This document shows, piece after piece, positions 52,134 through 63,339 of a stretch of DNA of 64,000 nt. Origin of the DNA: an uncultured Clostridia bacterium (GTDB lineage: Bacteria > Bacillota > Clostridia > Saccharofermentanales > DTU023); contig CAMJYM010000001.1 of the NCBI GenBank assembly GCA_946220865.1, positions 62,259 through 126,258 of the forward strand, given 5' to 3'. Each line of letters begins with the position of its first letter. Within the stretch, counting starts at the first letter, position 1. Made by a program: the position numbers and the translations under genes. Below the pieces are notes generated by a model. It saw nothing but the letters and a program-made list of their open reading frames with translations, searched no databases and was not told the DNA's origin.

Positions 52134-54575
52134 TCAAACCGCCTGGGGTGATATCTTCCAGATCTCTCCGGCATATTCACTAATGGTCCTGTCGGAACTG
52201 AAGTGACCACTGCTGCAGATGTTATTCCAGCACATGGAAGCCCATTTTTCACGATCTTCATAGGCCGCAAAAGCGTCCAGACGACGCCTGCGGTACTCAT
52301 CAAAGTCACCAAGGATGTAATAGATATCGGCCTTTTCGTAAGAACTTCCGGTGAGCAGCATACGATACAGATCCTGGAACATTCCCGTCCCGTTATCGTT
52401 CAGCGTGCCATCAATCAGGCTATCAACAACACGCTTTAAGCCGGGAATGTTTTCATACTGCCATCTTGAGTTGTAGTAGTCGAGCGTCGCCGGAAAATCC
52501 TTAATTCTCGAACCAAACATAAAAGCATTTTCCTCACCGACTGCAGCGCAGATCTCCAGATTTGCGCCATCCCAGGTGCCGAGGGTCAGTGCGCCATTCA
52601 TCATAAACTTCATGTTGCCTGTCCCTGAAGCTTCTTTGCCTACGGTCGATATCTGCTCAGAGATATCGGCTGCAGGGAAAATGCGTTCGCCCATGGAAAC
52701 ATTGTAATTGGGCAGAAAAATCACCTTGATCCAGGGTGAAACCTGAGGATCAGCAGCGATAAGCCGGGCGATTTCGTTAATGAATTTGATGATCGATTTG
52801 GCCCGGAAATATCCAGGAGCGGCTTTAGCTCCAAAAATGAAGTTGACCGGCCGTTTCAGCGGGTTCTTCCCCTCTTTGATCTGATAATAGAGATCCAGAA
52901 TTTGCAGAGCATTCAGAGACTGGCGCTTGTATTCGTGCAGGCGCTTAACCTGAACATCAAAAATGGCTTCAGAAGACAGCTCCACAGCTGTATTCTTTTG
53001 CACCAGTTGAGCCAGCCGCTCTTTGTTTTTCTTCTTAATCTCCAAAAAGCGTTGGAGAACATTTTGATCGTCAGCATATTTTTTAAGTTCGCTGAGCCGG
53101 GATAAATCTGTCACCCAGGCATCGGAACCGAGGAGTTCGCTCAACAATTCAGAGAGATCAGGATTGCTGCATTTCAGCCAACGACGGGGCGTAACGCCAT
53201 TGGTTTTATTGTTAAAGCGCTCCGGCCACATCGCATAAAAATCTTTAAGGGTTTCACGCTGAAGAATGCCGGAGTGAATAGCGGCCACGCCGTTAATGCT
53301 GAAGGAGGTATAGCTGGCAAGATTGGCCATGTGGACCTTGCCATCGTGAAGTGGAGAATCAGCCTCAATCTGCTCAAAGTTCAATCCTTTGCTGCGGGCC
53401 TCCTCACGGAAATTGTGGTCAATCATGCGGACGATTTCTAGGATGCGCGGGAAGAGAAACTGAAAAATCGAGACATCCCATTTTTCCAGGGCTTCAGCCA
53501 TCACCGTGTGATTCGTATAAGCAAAGCAACGCTGAGCGATCGCAAAGGCTTTTTCAAAACTCAGGCCATGCTCATCCATCAACAGACGGATGAGTTCCGG
53601 TATCGCGAGAACAGGATGCGTGTCATTAAGATGCAGCACGTTAAACTCAGCAAATTGCTCCCAGCTCTCACCATGCTCCTTGATAAAATTGCTAAGGATG
53701 GACTGCAGAGAAGCCGCAACGAAAAAATATTGCTGCCGAACACGAAGCACCTTACCGTCATAAGACGTATCATTGGGATAAAGGACACGATAGATATCCT
53801 GAACCCGATTTCTCTCGACCAGGGCATCGTCAAAGCGCTGGGAATTAAAAAGGTTAAAATCAAACTCCTCTGCCGGCTCAGGACGCCAGAGGCGCAAAAC
53901 GTTGATGTTTGCAGTGCCATAGCCAGTGATAGGCAAATCATAGGGCACGGCCCAGACATCCATATCCTGGTAATGAAGCAGAACTTTATTATTTTCGCGG
54001 CGGCAGTTAAAGGGATAAGGAAGCTCCATCCAGGCATCCGGATATTCTTTCTGAAAGCCATCTTCAATTTTCTGTTTGAAGAGGCCATAGCGGTAAAGGA
54101 TTCCGTAGCCTGTCACCGGCAGGTTCCGGGTAGCGCAGGAATCCATAAAACAGGCAGCGAGGCGGCCAAGCCCTCCGTTACCAAGACCCGGATCTGTTTC
54201 TTCTTCTTCAATACGGCTGAGTTCAAAGCCCAATTCCGCACAGAGTTCTTCGGCTTCCTTCACAATACCGAGATTAACCAGGTTATTGTGAAGGCTGCGG
54301 CCGATCAAAAATTCAGCCGAAAAATAATGGGCCTGACGCACAGGGCGATAAGTTTTTCGCGATTTTTCCCAGCGCACGGCGATAAGTTCCATAACCGCGC
54401 GGGAAAGAGCTGTCCAGAATTCCTGTTCGGTAGCCTCATCCAGCTGTTTACCATATTCTGCCCGGAGATGGCCAATTACACTTTCCCTGAAACCTTTTTT
54501 TAAATCCGGGTTCTCGGGAAAAGTTAAATCTCTCTTCTGAATGCTTTCAGCTTCGATCTTCTGATTTTTTACCAT
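52134..54575 (-). CDS. glgP: Glycogen/maltodextrin phosphorylase
   Basis: 813 aa with HYFSAEFLIGR, GLGNGGLGRLAACF and the PLP-Lys region EASGTGNMKFMMNGALTLGTWDGAN. Confidence 0.93.
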   Translation of the reverse strand: MVKNQKIEAESIQKRDLTFPENPDLKKGFRESVIGHLRAEYGKQLDEATEQEFWTALSRAVMELIAVRWEKSRKTYRPVRQAHYFSAEFLIGRSLHNNLVNLGIVKEAEELCAELGFELSRIEEEETDPGLGNGGLGRLAACFMDSCATRNLPVTGYGILYRYGLFKQKIEDGFQKEYPDAWMELPYPFNCRRENNKVLLHYQDMDVWAVPYDLPITGYGTANINVLRLWRPEPAEEFDFNLFNSQRFDDALVERNRVQDIYRVLYPNDTSYDGKVLRVRQQYFFVAASLQSILSNFIKEHGESWEQFAEFNVLHLNDTHPVLAIPELIRLLMDEHGLSFEKAFAIAQRCFAYTNHTVMAEALEKWDVSIFQFLFPRILEIVRMIDHNFREEARSKGLNFEQIEADSPLHDGKVHMANLASYTSFSINGVAAIHSGILQRETLKDFYAMWPERFNNKTNGVTPRRWLKCSNPDLSELLSELLGSDAWVTDLSRLSELKKYADDQNVLQRFLEIKKKNKERLAQLVQKNTAVELSSEAIFDVQVKRLHEYKRQSLNALQILDLYYQIKEGKNPLKRPVNFIFGAKAAPGYFRAKSIIKFINEIARLIAADPQVSPWIKVIFLPNYNVSMGERIFPAADISEQISTVGKEASGTGNMKFMMNGALTLGTWDGANLEICAAVGEENAFMFGSRIKDFPATLDYYNSRWQYENIPGLKRVVDSLIDGTLNDNGTGMFQDLYRMLLTGSSYEKADIYYILGDFDEYRRRRLDAFAAYEDREKWASMCWNNICSSGHFSSDRTISEYAGEIWKISPQAV

Positions 54576-54804
54576 TCGCTTATTTCCTTTTCATATTTAA
54601 AATGACTTCGTTTATATTAAAAAGCAGATTGTCGTGAGGCAATCTTACATCAATTAAGGATGAAAGCCCTGAAATTCCAACGACTTGTTTATTATAAAAA
54701 AAGTCTTCCCTCTATTCAATGGAACCGGCTTGTCGGCTATTGTCATGGATTTGGCGTTAAAAAAAATCCGAAAAGCTTCAGACTTTGTTCTGGAGGTTGC
54801 AACG

Positions 54805-55410
54805 ATGCCGCTGTTATTTGATCTTATCGAAGTATCATTCCTGCTTTATTTTGTTTTTCAAGACCTGGAAACACAACAGCTTTCCCTGAGAGCGCTCCTG
54901 CTCTTTGGCCTGACTGAATATGGCCTGGCATTCGTAAACGCCTGTTTATTTGCCTCTCCTGCAACTCGCTATTCAGCAGCAGCACACGTTCATGAAACCA
55001 CACTCTGTGAGCCTGGCACAGATTACAACTTATGTGTATTGTTGTCTGCTGTCGAAAACAGCCTCGGCGCTCGCTTTTCTGAAATTCTAAGCGCTTGCTT
55101 TTCATTTTTCCTGCTGCAACTGTTTTTGCTCATAACGGTCTCTGTCCTGCTTTTTCTTGCTGAAAAATGGCGTGGCCATTTTCTCCTGGGCGCTGCGGAC
55201 TTACTCCTGCCCTTGCTCCTGCTGCCTCGTCTGGGCTTGAAAAAAGCTCTGCTGCTCTTTCCTCTTGCTTCGTCTCTCAGTCTTCCCGCTTTTATACTGC
55301 TCTATGTCAGAATGAGTCAAATAGGAGCAAAGTCCCTGGCAGAAGCTCACCTTCCATTATATCCATTTTACTTCTGCGCCCTCCTTTGCCTGAGGTTTTG
55401 CATGATATAA
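54805..55410 (+). CDS. Polytopic membrane protein, possibly A24 prepilin-peptidase-like
   Basis: About 200 aa and hydrophobic. It has an Asp in an FQDLETQQLSL context and a second in GAADLLLPL, which loosely resemble the two catalytic Asp motifs of A24 peptidases. I took the ATG at 54805, behind GGAGG. The track ORF starts at a TTG at 54685. Confidence 0.4.
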   Translation: MPLLFDLIEVSFLLYFVFQDLETQQLSLRALLLFGLTEYGLAFVNACLFASPATRYSAAAHVHETTLCEPGTDYNLCVLLSAVENSLGARFSEILSACFSFFLLQLFLLITVSVLLFLAEKWRGHFLLGAADLLLPLLLLPRLGLKKALLLFPLASSLSLPAFILLYVRMSQIGAKSLAEAHLPLYPFYFCALLCLRFCMI

Positions 55411-55442
55411 TACCCATGCAAACTAAGGCCCTGGAGGGATTT

Positions 55443-56729
55443 ATGCCAAGCCATCGCGAAGAAAATCTAGATATCATCATTAAAATCGTCAAGCTTTTGC
55501 TCATCAGTGGCTTAATTATCTTAGCGCTCTTTCTGAGTCTGAAGATTTTTCCCTACCTCATGCCTTTTTTTATCGGCCTCCTGCTGGCCGAATGCTCCAT
55601 GTACCTCTCCGCCATACTCAAGCGACTCTGGTGCAAGCTGAGCCGGGGTGAAAAGAAGAGACTCAAAAGGCGAGACGGGGATAAACTTGCCGTCCTCATT
55701 TACTTTCTCATCGTCGTTTCCATTCTTGTCCTCGTCACTTTAGGAATTACCGCTGGGGTCAGTCAGCTGCGACGCTTTATCATCAGTTTTCCTGCGACCG
55801 TGCAAAAAGTAAGTCTGGAAGATCAAATCAGCGATCTTGTTGATAAAATTCAGAGCCCTGATCTACAAAGCAATATCCATAAAACACTGGCAGAACTCAA
55901 CACAATGATTTCCCAGAGCATTCCCAATATCGTGAGCCGCAGCCTGAATGCCCTGAGTCACTTTATGGCCCATCTGCCTCTGACCTTGCTGGTTATTGTC
56001 ATCTCCCTGATGTGCGGCTACTATTCTATTAACGGCACACGCAAAATTTATGTCTCGGCATTAAGGGTAACCCGTAATCGCCGCCTGGTTCGCAATATTT
56101 TCGTCTTAATCAGCAGGGTGATCACGACGGTCTTCCGCATTGTCGGTGGTTATATTCTTCTGATGTTGATCACCTTTATCGAGTGCCTTATTGGCTTTCT
56201 CATCATTGGCATCAGCAATACTTGGATCTGGGCGCTTATAGCGGCTCTTGTCGATATTTTACCCGTACTTGGCATCTCAGCGGTGCTGCTCCCTATGATC
56301 GTGTATTGCTTCCTCGGCGGGCTCATGATAAAAGCTATAGGGCTTATCGTGCTTCTGGTCATTATGACCATAGCACGCCGCATGTGGGAGCCTCTTATTC
56401 TCGGTAGTGTCATGAAACTGCATCCGCTCATCACCATTTTGAGCATGATGCTGGGTATCGTTTTATGGGGTCTTTCCGGTGTTGTCCTCGGACCGATGTA
56501 TTTCGTGACCCTGCAGCAATTTCTGCAGGTCTTCAATCTGCATAATGCCCTTAGTCATCTCTTCTCCGAAAACTCATTAAAGCTGCAGCAATATCTTGAC
56601 CAGCGTGCCGAAGAGTCGGCCCGCGAAGAGATTGAACTGCGCCGCTTAAAAGCGGCTGAACGCCGGGCCCGGGCTAAGGAACGGCGCGCTAAGACAGAAG
56701 AACGAAACAAAAGCGAATCAAAACTCTGA
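55443..56729 (+). CDS. AI-2E family transporter (PerM/YtvI-like)
   Basis: About 8 TM helices with a family-typical C-terminal half (ALVDILPVLGISAVLLP..., PLITILSMMLGIVLWGLSGVVLGP). I took the ATG at 55443, with GGAGGG 5 nt upstream. The track ORF 5' extension overlaps the previous gene. Confidence 0.75.
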   Translation: MPSHREENLDIIIKIVKLLLISGLIILALFLSLKIFPYLMPFFIGLLLAECSMYLSAILKRLWCKLSRGEKKRLKRRDGDKLAVLIYFLIVVSILVLVTLGITAGVSQLRRFIISFPATVQKVSLEDQISDLVDKIQSPDLQSNIHKTLAELNTMISQSIPNIVSRSLNALSHFMAHLPLTLLVIVISLMCGYYSINGTRKIYVSALRVTRNRRLVRNIFVLISRVITTVFRIVGGYILLMLITFIECLIGFLIIGISNTWIWALIAALVDILPVLGISAVLLPMIVYCFLGGLMIKAIGLIVLLVIMTIARRMWEPLILGSVMKLHPLITILSMMLGIVLWGLSGVVLGPMYFVTLQQFLQVFNLHNALSHLFSENSLKLQQYLDQRAEESAREEIELRRLKAAERRARAKERRAKTEERNKSESKL

Positions 56730-56752
56730 AAAGCCCTCTCTGCGCTCAGGCG

Positions 56753-58024
56753 TCAGGGCTCTGTTTCGTCACTTACATTTTCGGCGGGAACGGTCTCGCC
56801 CTCAGGACTGACCATCTGACCGATTTCGGGATCGTAATAGGCTTCCGGGGTTGTTTCTTCTACAGTTTTTTCTGTCGTATTGCCCTCTTCCCAGGCATTG
56901 CGATAATATTCAATATTGGCCTGATGTTCTTCCGCATTGGTGGCAAAAACATTGCTGCCGTCTCCGGTTGCACAAAAGTAAAGATATTGGCTTGCTCCCG
57001 GCCAGCTATCCTCGTTGGCCGGCCAGAGAATCCCCTCGATGGCCAGGGTACCCGGATTATTGATGGGCCCCGGAGGGAGACCAGGGTTAGCATAGGTGTT
57101 GTAAGGATTATTGCGGTATTTCTGGAGGTCGGCATTGGTCGCCCAGGGGATAGGCTTTTCCCCTTCTTCACTGCGCAGATAGTTAATGGTTGCGCAGGAT
57201 TCCATCGGCATCTTGAGCTCAAAACGATTGAGGAAGACTCGACCGATTTTACTCATCTCTTCGATGTTGCCTTCGGCCTGAACAATTGAGGCGATGGTGA
57301 TGACCTGATCCATACTCATATTCATGCGCGCTGCCCGGCTGCTGTAATCGTTTTCTGAGAGTTTCTTCAGTGTATTGTCCAGAAACATCCGCAAAATGCC
57401 GACCTCATCCAGGTTAGGATCAAACCAGTAAGTATCCGGCCAGAGATAGCCCTGTAGCAGCCACTCGCGCTCGGGATTGGCAGAGAGCTCACGTACAAAA
57501 GGATAGTCCAGAAACTCATTGGGGTGACGGACGAGATCATCCATGCGGCGGACATCAATATTGAGTCCTGCCTCAACGAGTTTGTCGCGCATCTGGAGAT
57601 AGGTTTCCCCTTCTACAAAAGTAATCTTTAAAGGATCCGGCTGACGCGTCAGGATAAACATGATCTCGTCATAGCTCATATTTTTAAGCAGATAATGCGT
57701 TCCGGCCTGATAACTGTTGTCGAAACCGTTAAATTTAGAGAGGAAGCGAAAAAGGAAGGAATTACTGATGATATCGTGATCCTTAAGGATTTTCGTGATC
57801 TCATCCATATCGGCTGAACGCGGAATAAACACCGCAACCGCCCCAGGTGTCTCCTCGGTCACCATCGCTTTACCGCTCTCCTCATAAGCCTCATTGAGGC
57901 GAGTCAGTCGTTTATCCTGAGTCTGCACGTAGTGAAAGCCCTGGAGAAAAGCCGCAAATGCGGTTAGAATCAGCGCAGCTGCAATGCAGAGGATGAGCAT
58001 GGTTTTACTGATTTTTGCACCCAT
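56753..58024 (-). CDS. mltG: Endolytic murein transglycosylase MltG (YceG-like)
   Basis: N-terminal TM, the catalytic-Glu region ITIASIVQAEG and NTYANPGLPPGPINNPG. GGGAGG RBS. Confidence 0.88.
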   Translation of the reverse strand: MGAKISKTMLILCIAAALILTAFAAFLQGFHYVQTQDKRLTRLNEAYEESGKAMVTEETPGAVAVFIPRSADMDEITKILKDHDIISNSFLFRFLSKFNGFDNSYQAGTHYLLKNMSYDEIMFILTRQPDPLKITFVEGETYLQMRDKLVEAGLNIDVRRMDDLVRHPNEFLDYPFVRELSANPEREWLLQGYLWPDTYWFDPNLDEVGILRMFLDNTLKKLSENDYSSRAARMNMSMDQVITIASIVQAEGNIEEMSKIGRVFLNRFELKMPMESCATINYLRSEEGEKPIPWATNADLQKYRNNPYNTYANPGLPPGPINNPGTLAIEGILWPANEDSWPGASQYLYFCATGDGSNVFATNAEEHQANIEYYRNAWEEGNTTEKTVEETTPEAYYDPEIGQMVSPEGETVPAENVSDETEP

Positions 58025-58047
58025 AGCGGCACCTCCCTTCTTAAGGC

Positions 58048-59892
58048 TCAGTCACTTTGTTTTTTATGGGCATCCGCCTTCTGGCGCAGAACTGTATTAA
58101 GAATCCGTTTTCTCATGCGAATCTTCTGCGGAGTCACTTCAATCAGTTCATCATCATCAATGAATTCCAGACACTGCTCAAGGCTGAGGCTCACAGGCGG
58201 AGAGAGGCGGATGGCCTCATCCGAACCAGAAGAACGCATGTTACTCACATGCTTGGCTTTGCAGACATTAACGGGAATATCATCGCCGCGCATGGTTTCA
58301 CCCACGATCATACCTTCATATACTTCTTCACCAGCGCCGATGAAAAGTCGGCCACGATCCTGGGCATTATGCAGACCATAGGTCACAGCAAGGCCTCCCT
58401 CAAAGGCGACGAGAACGCCATGGTCGCGTTCGACCGTGCCTCCTTTCCAAGGCACGAAGCCGGAAAGAATACTGTTCATGATACCTGTCCCGCGGGTATC
58501 CGTAAGAAACTCGCTGCGGTAACCGATAAGGCAGCGCGAAGGAATGCGAAATTCCATGCGGATACTGCCCTTGTGCGGCGGAAGCATGGAAATCATTTCA
58601 GCTTTACGCTTACCCAGCTTCTCGATAACCACGCCGGAATAAGCTTCACCCACATCGATCATCAGAAGTTCTTCAGGCTCCTGCACTTCGCCGTTGACCA
58701 GCTTGGAGATGACATGAGGACGGGAGACCTGAAATTCATAGCCTTCGCGTCGCATTTCTTCAATCAGAATAGAAATTTGCAGCTCACCGCGGCCCTTGAC
58801 GATGAAAGCATCTGTGGTATCGGTATTTTCCAGACGCATGGCCACGTTTTTATGCATTTCCCGCTCCAGTCGCTCCCGGATCTGGCGGGATGTCACATAA
58901 TGTCCGTCCTGCCCGGCAAGCGGACTGTCATTAACCGAGAAGGTCATGGCAATCGTCGGCTCATCAATATCCACAAAGGGCAGAGGCTCCACGTGCTCAG
59001 GATCACAGATGCTGTCCCCGATGTTCACATCATCGATCCCGGCCATGCAGACGATCTCGCCTGCCAGAGCAGAGTCAACCGCGCGGCGGTTCAGGCCCTC
59101 AAAAACCAGCACCTTGCCGATACGGAAAGTTTCTGAAAGTTCATCGCCATAGCGCGCATGGACAGCCTGCTGCATACTGTGAACCGTACCGCGTTCTACC
59201 CTCCCGATCGCAATGCGGCCGATGTAGCTGTCATAATCAATGTTGGAAACAAGAATCTGCAGCGCTCCTTCAGGATCTCCCTCAGGCTCGGGAATATGAT
59301 CAATGATGCAGTCCAGCAGGGGAAAAATTGTCGCCTCTGCAAGCAACTCAGGACTGATCTTTTCCGGACATTCAGTAAAAGCGGCGCCATCTTTTCCTGA
59401 ACAGTAAATGATGGGGAAGTCTATTTGCTTGTCACTGGCGCCAAGTTCCATGAAAAGTTCATAAATCAGGTCAGCTACCTCGTTAGGGCGGGCATCTGGC
59501 CGGTCGATTTTATTGATGACGACGATCGGCACAAGATCCATTTCCAGGGCTTTGCGCAGAACAAAGCGGGTTTGGGGCATGGGTCCATCGTAGGCATCCA
59601 CCAGCAAAAGTACTCCGTCCACCATTTTGAGTACGCGCTCTACTTCCCCGCCAAAATCCGCGTGACCAGGGGTGTCCACAATGTTGATGCGGGTATCCTT
59701 ATAGCTGATAGCTGTATTTTTGGCCATGATCGTGATCCCACGCTCACGTTCGATATCATTAGAATCCATCAGCTGCGTGCGGACTTCCTGATTCTGACGA
59801 AAAATGCCGCTCTGTTTTAACATGGCGTCGACCAGGGTTGTTTTACCGTGGTCAACATGAGCGATGATGGCAATGTCTCGAATATTCTTCAT
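58048..59892 (-). CDS. typA: Translational GTPase TypA/BipA
   Basis: [31 protein letters not shown] and NKIDR are present, with a BipA-type C-terminal domain. Confidence 0.95.
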   Translation of the reverse strand: MKNIRDIAIIAHVDHGKTTLVDAMLKQSGIFRQNQEVRTQLMDSNDIERERGITIMAKNTAISYKDTRINIVDTPGHADFGGEVERVLKMVDGVLLLVDAYDGPMPQTRFVLRKALEMDLVPIVVINKIDRPDARPNEVADLIYELFMELGASDKQIDFPIIYCSGKDGAAFTECPEKISPELLAEATIFPLLDCIIDHIPEPEGDPEGALQILVSNIDYDSYIGRIAIGRVERGTVHSMQQAVHARYGDELSETFRIGKVLVFEGLNRRAVDSALAGEIVCMAGIDDVNIGDSICDPEHVEPLPFVDIDEPTIAMTFSVNDSPLAGQDGHYVTSRQIRERLEREMHKNVAMRLENTDTTDAFIVKGRGELQISILIEEMRREGYEFQVSRPHVISKLVNGEVQEPEELLMIDVGEAYSGVVIEKLGKRKAEMISMLPPHKGSIRMEFRIPSRCLIGYRSEFLTDTRGTGIMNSILSGFVPWKGGTVERDHGVLVAFEGGLAVTYGLHNAQDRGRLFIGAGEEVYEGMIVGETMRGDDIPVNVCKAKHVSNMRSSGSDEAIRLSPPVSLSLEQCLEFIDDDELIEVTPQKIRMRKRILNTVLRQKADAHKKQSD

Positions 59893-59982
59893 TTGCCTTT
59901 ACCTTGTCCCTCTGCTATTAGTTTTAACGATGACTTATTTTCTCATATTTGGCGGGTTTTTCCGCACTTTTTTTAAAAGCAC

Positions 59983-60000
59983 ACATTCTGCACAGAATGT
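59983..60000 (-). terminator. Possible terminator hairpin downstream of der
   Basis: The minus strand reads ACATTCTG-tg-CAGAATGT followed by GTGCTTTTAAAAAA. The stem is AT-rich and the U-tract is short, so this is tentative. Confidence 0.3.
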
Positions 60001-60063
60001 CGGCCTAAAGCCGCAGCTTCCCTTGTGAAATTGATCTTTCTCCCCTGCCTTAGCTCCTGAGGG

Positions 60064-61413
60064 TTATTCCCCCTTCTCTCCGACGCGGATATAATCGCTT
60101 GCTGTGCGCGGCCGCCAGATCATGCGCAGAGGATTGCCCTCAAAGCCAAAAGCCTCGCGAAAGCGATTTTCCAGATAGCGCTCATAGGAGAAATGCAGGA
60201 GATCCTTATCATTGATGAAAAAGACCAGCGTCGGGGGTGCAGCAGAAACCTGGGTCACATAGAAAATTTTCAGCGCCCGGCCTTTATCTGAAGGCGGCCT
60301 GTGCAGAGCCAGAGATTCCGCCAGAACCTCATTTACCACCCCTGTACTGAGACGTTTATGCCCCGCTGCATAGACCCGGTTAATGAATTCAAAAAGTGCA
60401 GGCACCCTTTGACCGCTCAGCGCCGAAATGGAGATCACTGGCGCATAGCGCATAAAGGCGAAACGCTCCTGAATCTCCTTTTCTTTCTTACTGAAGCTTT
60501 CCGTCGTCTTGTCGACGAGATCCCATTTATTGAGGACAAAAATGGAGGCCTTACCGGCTTCATGGGCTCGTCCGGCAACTTTCGTATCCTGCTCGGTAAT
60601 TCCAGTTTCAGCATCGAGCAGGATCAGGCAGACATCAGAACGCTCTATCGCTTCTTCTGTACGGATGATGCTGTATTTTTCTACGCTGCCTTCGACACGT
60701 GCGCGCTTGCGCAGTCCGGCTGTATCAATAAAACAGTATGAGCCCCATTCATTATCCAGATTCACATCAAGGGCATCACGGGTTGTTCCAGCGATATCTG
60801 AGACAATACTTCGTTCTTCATTGAGCAATCGATTGATCAGAGAGGATTTGCCGACGTTAGGTTTGCCGATGATCGCCACACGGATGCGTTCATCTTCAGC
60901 TGCCGACTCACTTTTTTCCGGAAGAAGTTCCAGAAGAGCTGAGACCAGTTCACCCAGGCCCAGGCGATGTATCGCCGCGATGCCATAAGGCTGGCCCAGG
61001 CCAAGCTCAAAAAACTCCCAGGTATGGGCTTCCCGCGAAGGGTTATCACATTTGTTGACAGCCAGAACGACAGGTCGGCCGGAACGGCGTAGCAGATCGG
61101 CAATTTCCCTGTCCTGAGCGGTCAGCCCGTCCACAGCATCACAGAGGAAGAGAATTAGATCCGCGCTTTCAACAGCAAACTTAACCTGACGCTCCATTTG
61201 CCGCAACAAGGGGTCCGAACTCCTGACTTCGAGGCCTCCGGTATCGACGAGCGTAAAGGAACGGCCAAACCATTCGGCATCTGTGGTAATGCGATCGCGC
61301 GTCACCCCAGGGGAATCGTGGACAATAGAAATACGTTCCCCCGCAAGAGCGTTGAAAAGGCTGGATTTACCCACATTGGGGCGTCCAACGATGGCAATGA
61401 CAGCTTTGCTCAT
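60064..61413 (-). CDS. der: Ribosome biogenesis GTPase Der (EngA)
   Basis: Two tandem GTPase domains (IVGRPNVGKSSLFN and IIGKPNVGKSSLIN) plus a KH-like C-terminus. Confidence 0.95.
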   Translation of the reverse strand: MSKAVIAIVGRPNVGKSSLFNALAGERISIVHDSPGVTRDRITTDAEWFGRSFTLVDTGGLEVRSSDPLLRQMERQVKFAVESADLILFLCDAVDGLTAQDREIADLLRRSGRPVVLAVNKCDNPSREAHTWEFFELGLGQPYGIAAIHRLGLGELVSALLELLPEKSESAAEDERIRVAIIGKPNVGKSSLINRLLNEERSIVSDIAGTTRDALDVNLDNEWGSYCFIDTAGLRKRARVEGSVEKYSIIRTEEAIERSDVCLILLDAETGITEQDTKVAGRAHEAGKASIFVLNKWDLVDKTTESFSKKEKEIQERFAFMRYAPVISISALSGQRVPALFEFINRVYAAGHKRLSTGVVNEVLAESLALHRPPSDKGRALKIFYVTQVSAAPPTLVFFINDKDLLHFSYERYLENRFREAFGFEGNPLRMIWRPRTASDYIRVGEKGE

Positions 61414-62831
61414 ACAGCTGATTTCTCCCTTTCTCTGTTTTGCCGGATGGCGAGAAGTGCCGAGAGCAGATCGCGTCCACCCTCTCCACAGCAGGTCACG
61501 TGGCAGCCCAGGCGTTCAGCCAGATCCCCAAGGCTCAGGTTATCCAGAAAAACATCCTCATTGGCACGCAGCATTTTGTCGCAGAGAAGCAGGCATTCAT
61601 TCTCAGCTATTTTTTCCTGCAGCTGCAGGGCAATATCCGTGGCGGTTAAAAGTCCGGCAACCGTAATGCTTTCACCAAAGAAGCGGTTAACAATGGTGTG
61701 GATCTTCAGCTCCAATCCGCTGGCCCGCTCGAAACGTTCCTTTACTTCACGGATGACCGGGGCAGCCAGGACTCCTGTCGCGATGTGAACTCGTGTTGAA
61801 AGCGCATGTCCTTTCGCACGCTTTCCGAAAAAATCGCGGCTGGTCAAAGCCGGAAGCTTGTCAAGACCGTCAGCAAGGGCTTCTTCGACCTCCTGGCGAA
61901 ACAGCGCCACCATCCCCACACCATTTTCCAGTTGGGGATAGCCTTCGTAAGTGGCCGGAGCGGGGATCTCTCTGTCACAGAGCAGAAAGAACTCATCGGA
62001 GGCATAAAGGATGCGCCTGCCGCAGCTTTCGTAAAAACGCTGCTGCCAGGTTTCGACCTTGTCCAGGACCGCTGCTGCCGTCTCAGCCGTATAGCCTTTC
62101 AGCGGGACAAGTTTATTGTACTCCCTCCAGCGAGTCAGGCCCACAGGAACAAGCGCAATCGAATCCAGAGCAGCAGCCAGATCAAAAAGATCAGAAAGGC
62201 TTCGTTCCAGCGCCGGTCCATCGTTTAGCCCAGGACAGAGAACAAACTGCGCATTAAGCCGTATGCCCGCAGCCGCAAGTTTTTTCAGACGAGGCATGAG
62301 ATTGTCCGCCCTCACATTGCCAAGAAGTCGACGGCGCAGGAGAGGATCAGTACTGTGCACGGAAATATTCAGCGGCGAAAAATGATAGGAAATGATCCGA
62401 TCAAGTTCTTCGTCGCTCATATTTGTGAGGGTCACATAATTTCCGGTAAGGAAAGACAGGCGCGTATCATCGTCTTTAAAATAAAGAGATGGGCGAAGAC
62501 CCGGTGGCAGCTGATCTATAAAACAGAAAAGGCAGTGATTTGAGCAGGACTCACAGGCCGAGAGCAAAGGATTTTCAAATTCAAGGCCAAGATCCTCGTC
62601 CTCGTCTTTTTCGATCTCATATTCCGTCAGTTCCCCAGATGGATCCGCCACCAGGAGCAGAATCTTTTCATCCTGCTCACGGGTGCGGTAATCGAAGACA
62701 TCAGAAACAGGAGTCCCGTTCAGGCGAAGCAGACGACTGCCCCTGCCAATACCCAGGTCCTCTGCAATGCTGCCTGGCACAATGCCGGAGACAACAGCAT
62801 CCGTTAAACCATAATCCGATAATCTTTCCAT
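61410..62831 (-). CDS. PDZ + radical-SAM-like DUF512 protein
   Basis: N-terminal PDZ-like segment (GSIAEDLGIGRGSRLLRLNG), then a Cys cluster CSNHCLFC (CxxxCxxC). It overlaps the der start by 4 nt, the usual partner arrangement in Firmicutes. Confidence 0.75.
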   Translation of the reverse strand: MERLSDYGLTDAVVSGIVPGSIAEDLGIGRGSRLLRLNGTPVSDVFDYRTREQDEKILLLVADPSGELTEYEIEKDEDEDLGLEFENPLLSACESCSNHCLFCFIDQLPPGLRPSLYFKDDDTRLSFLTGNYVTLTNMSDEELDRIISYHFSPLNISVHSTDPLLRRRLLGNVRADNLMPRLKKLAAAGIRLNAQFVLCPGLNDGPALERSLSDLFDLAAALDSIALVPVGLTRWREYNKLVPLKGYTAETAAAVLDKVETWQQRFYESCGRRILYASDEFFLLCDREIPAPATYEGYPQLENGVGMVALFRQEVEEALADGLDKLPALTSRDFFGKRAKGHALSTRVHIATGVLAAPVIREVKERFERASGLELKIHTIVNRFFGESITVAGLLTATDIALQLQEKIAENECLLLCDKMLRANEDVFLDNLSLGDLAERLGCHVTCCGEGGRDLLSALLAIRQNREREKSAV

Positions 62832-62902
62832 CCAGACTCAATAAAAAAGCAGCAGGCTTTAAGCTCCCGCTGCTCAAATGAACGCTCAAAAAAACGCGGG
62901 GC

Positions 62903-63085
62903 TTAAGCCTCAGGCTGAGCGATGACTTCTTTTCCTTTGTAGTAGCCGCAAGCTTTGCAGACTTTGTGCGCGAGCATCAGCTTATGGCACTGGGGGCATT
63001 CCACCAGACTCGGCGCTGCCAGCTTCCAATTCGCGTGCAGAGTACGCGTACGCTGCTTACTTGTTCTTCTCTTAGGTACAGCCAT
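62903..63085 (-). CDS. rpmF: 50S ribosomal protein L32
   Basis: MAVPKRRTSKQRTRTLHANWKL... with a CxxC...CxxC zinc ribbon. GGAGG RBS. Confidence 0.93.
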   Translation of the reverse strand: MAVPKRRTSKQRTRTLHANWKLAAPSLVECPQCHKLMLAHKVCKACGYYKGKEVIAQPEA

Positions 63086-63216
63086 GGATCCGACCTCCTT
63101 TTTTCGTGCTTATTAGCGTTGCTCGACTTAGCTCGAATGATTCAAAAACCTGAAACAGCTCAGCTTCCGCATTCACGAAAGACAAAGCGAGGTCCTCTTG
63201 AAAACACGCGAATGAT

Positions 63217-63245
63217 ATTATGGGCAATCATCAGGACTTTGTCAA
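63217..63245 (-). promoter_or_regulatory. Near-consensus promoter for rpmF
   Basis: The minus strand reads TTGACA (63245-63240), a 17-nt spacer, then CATAAT (63222-63217). This implies a leader of about 125 nt. Confidence 0.55.
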
Positions 63246-63339
63246 GAACTTGATGCCCGTCAAAGGGCCCTAAAGCTCAGCTATCTAAACAATGATAAAA
63301 TAAGGTTTAAAATTCTGCAAATATGAAAGGACCGTTCCT

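Noticed and set aside
55167-55442. A 92-codon 5' extension of the AI-2E transporter ORF overlapping the preceding membrane-protein gene.
   Set aside because: The extension is Ser/Pro/Ala-rich and non-membrane-like. It overlaps the upstream CDS in another frame. A perfect GGAGGG-N5-ATG occurs at 55443.
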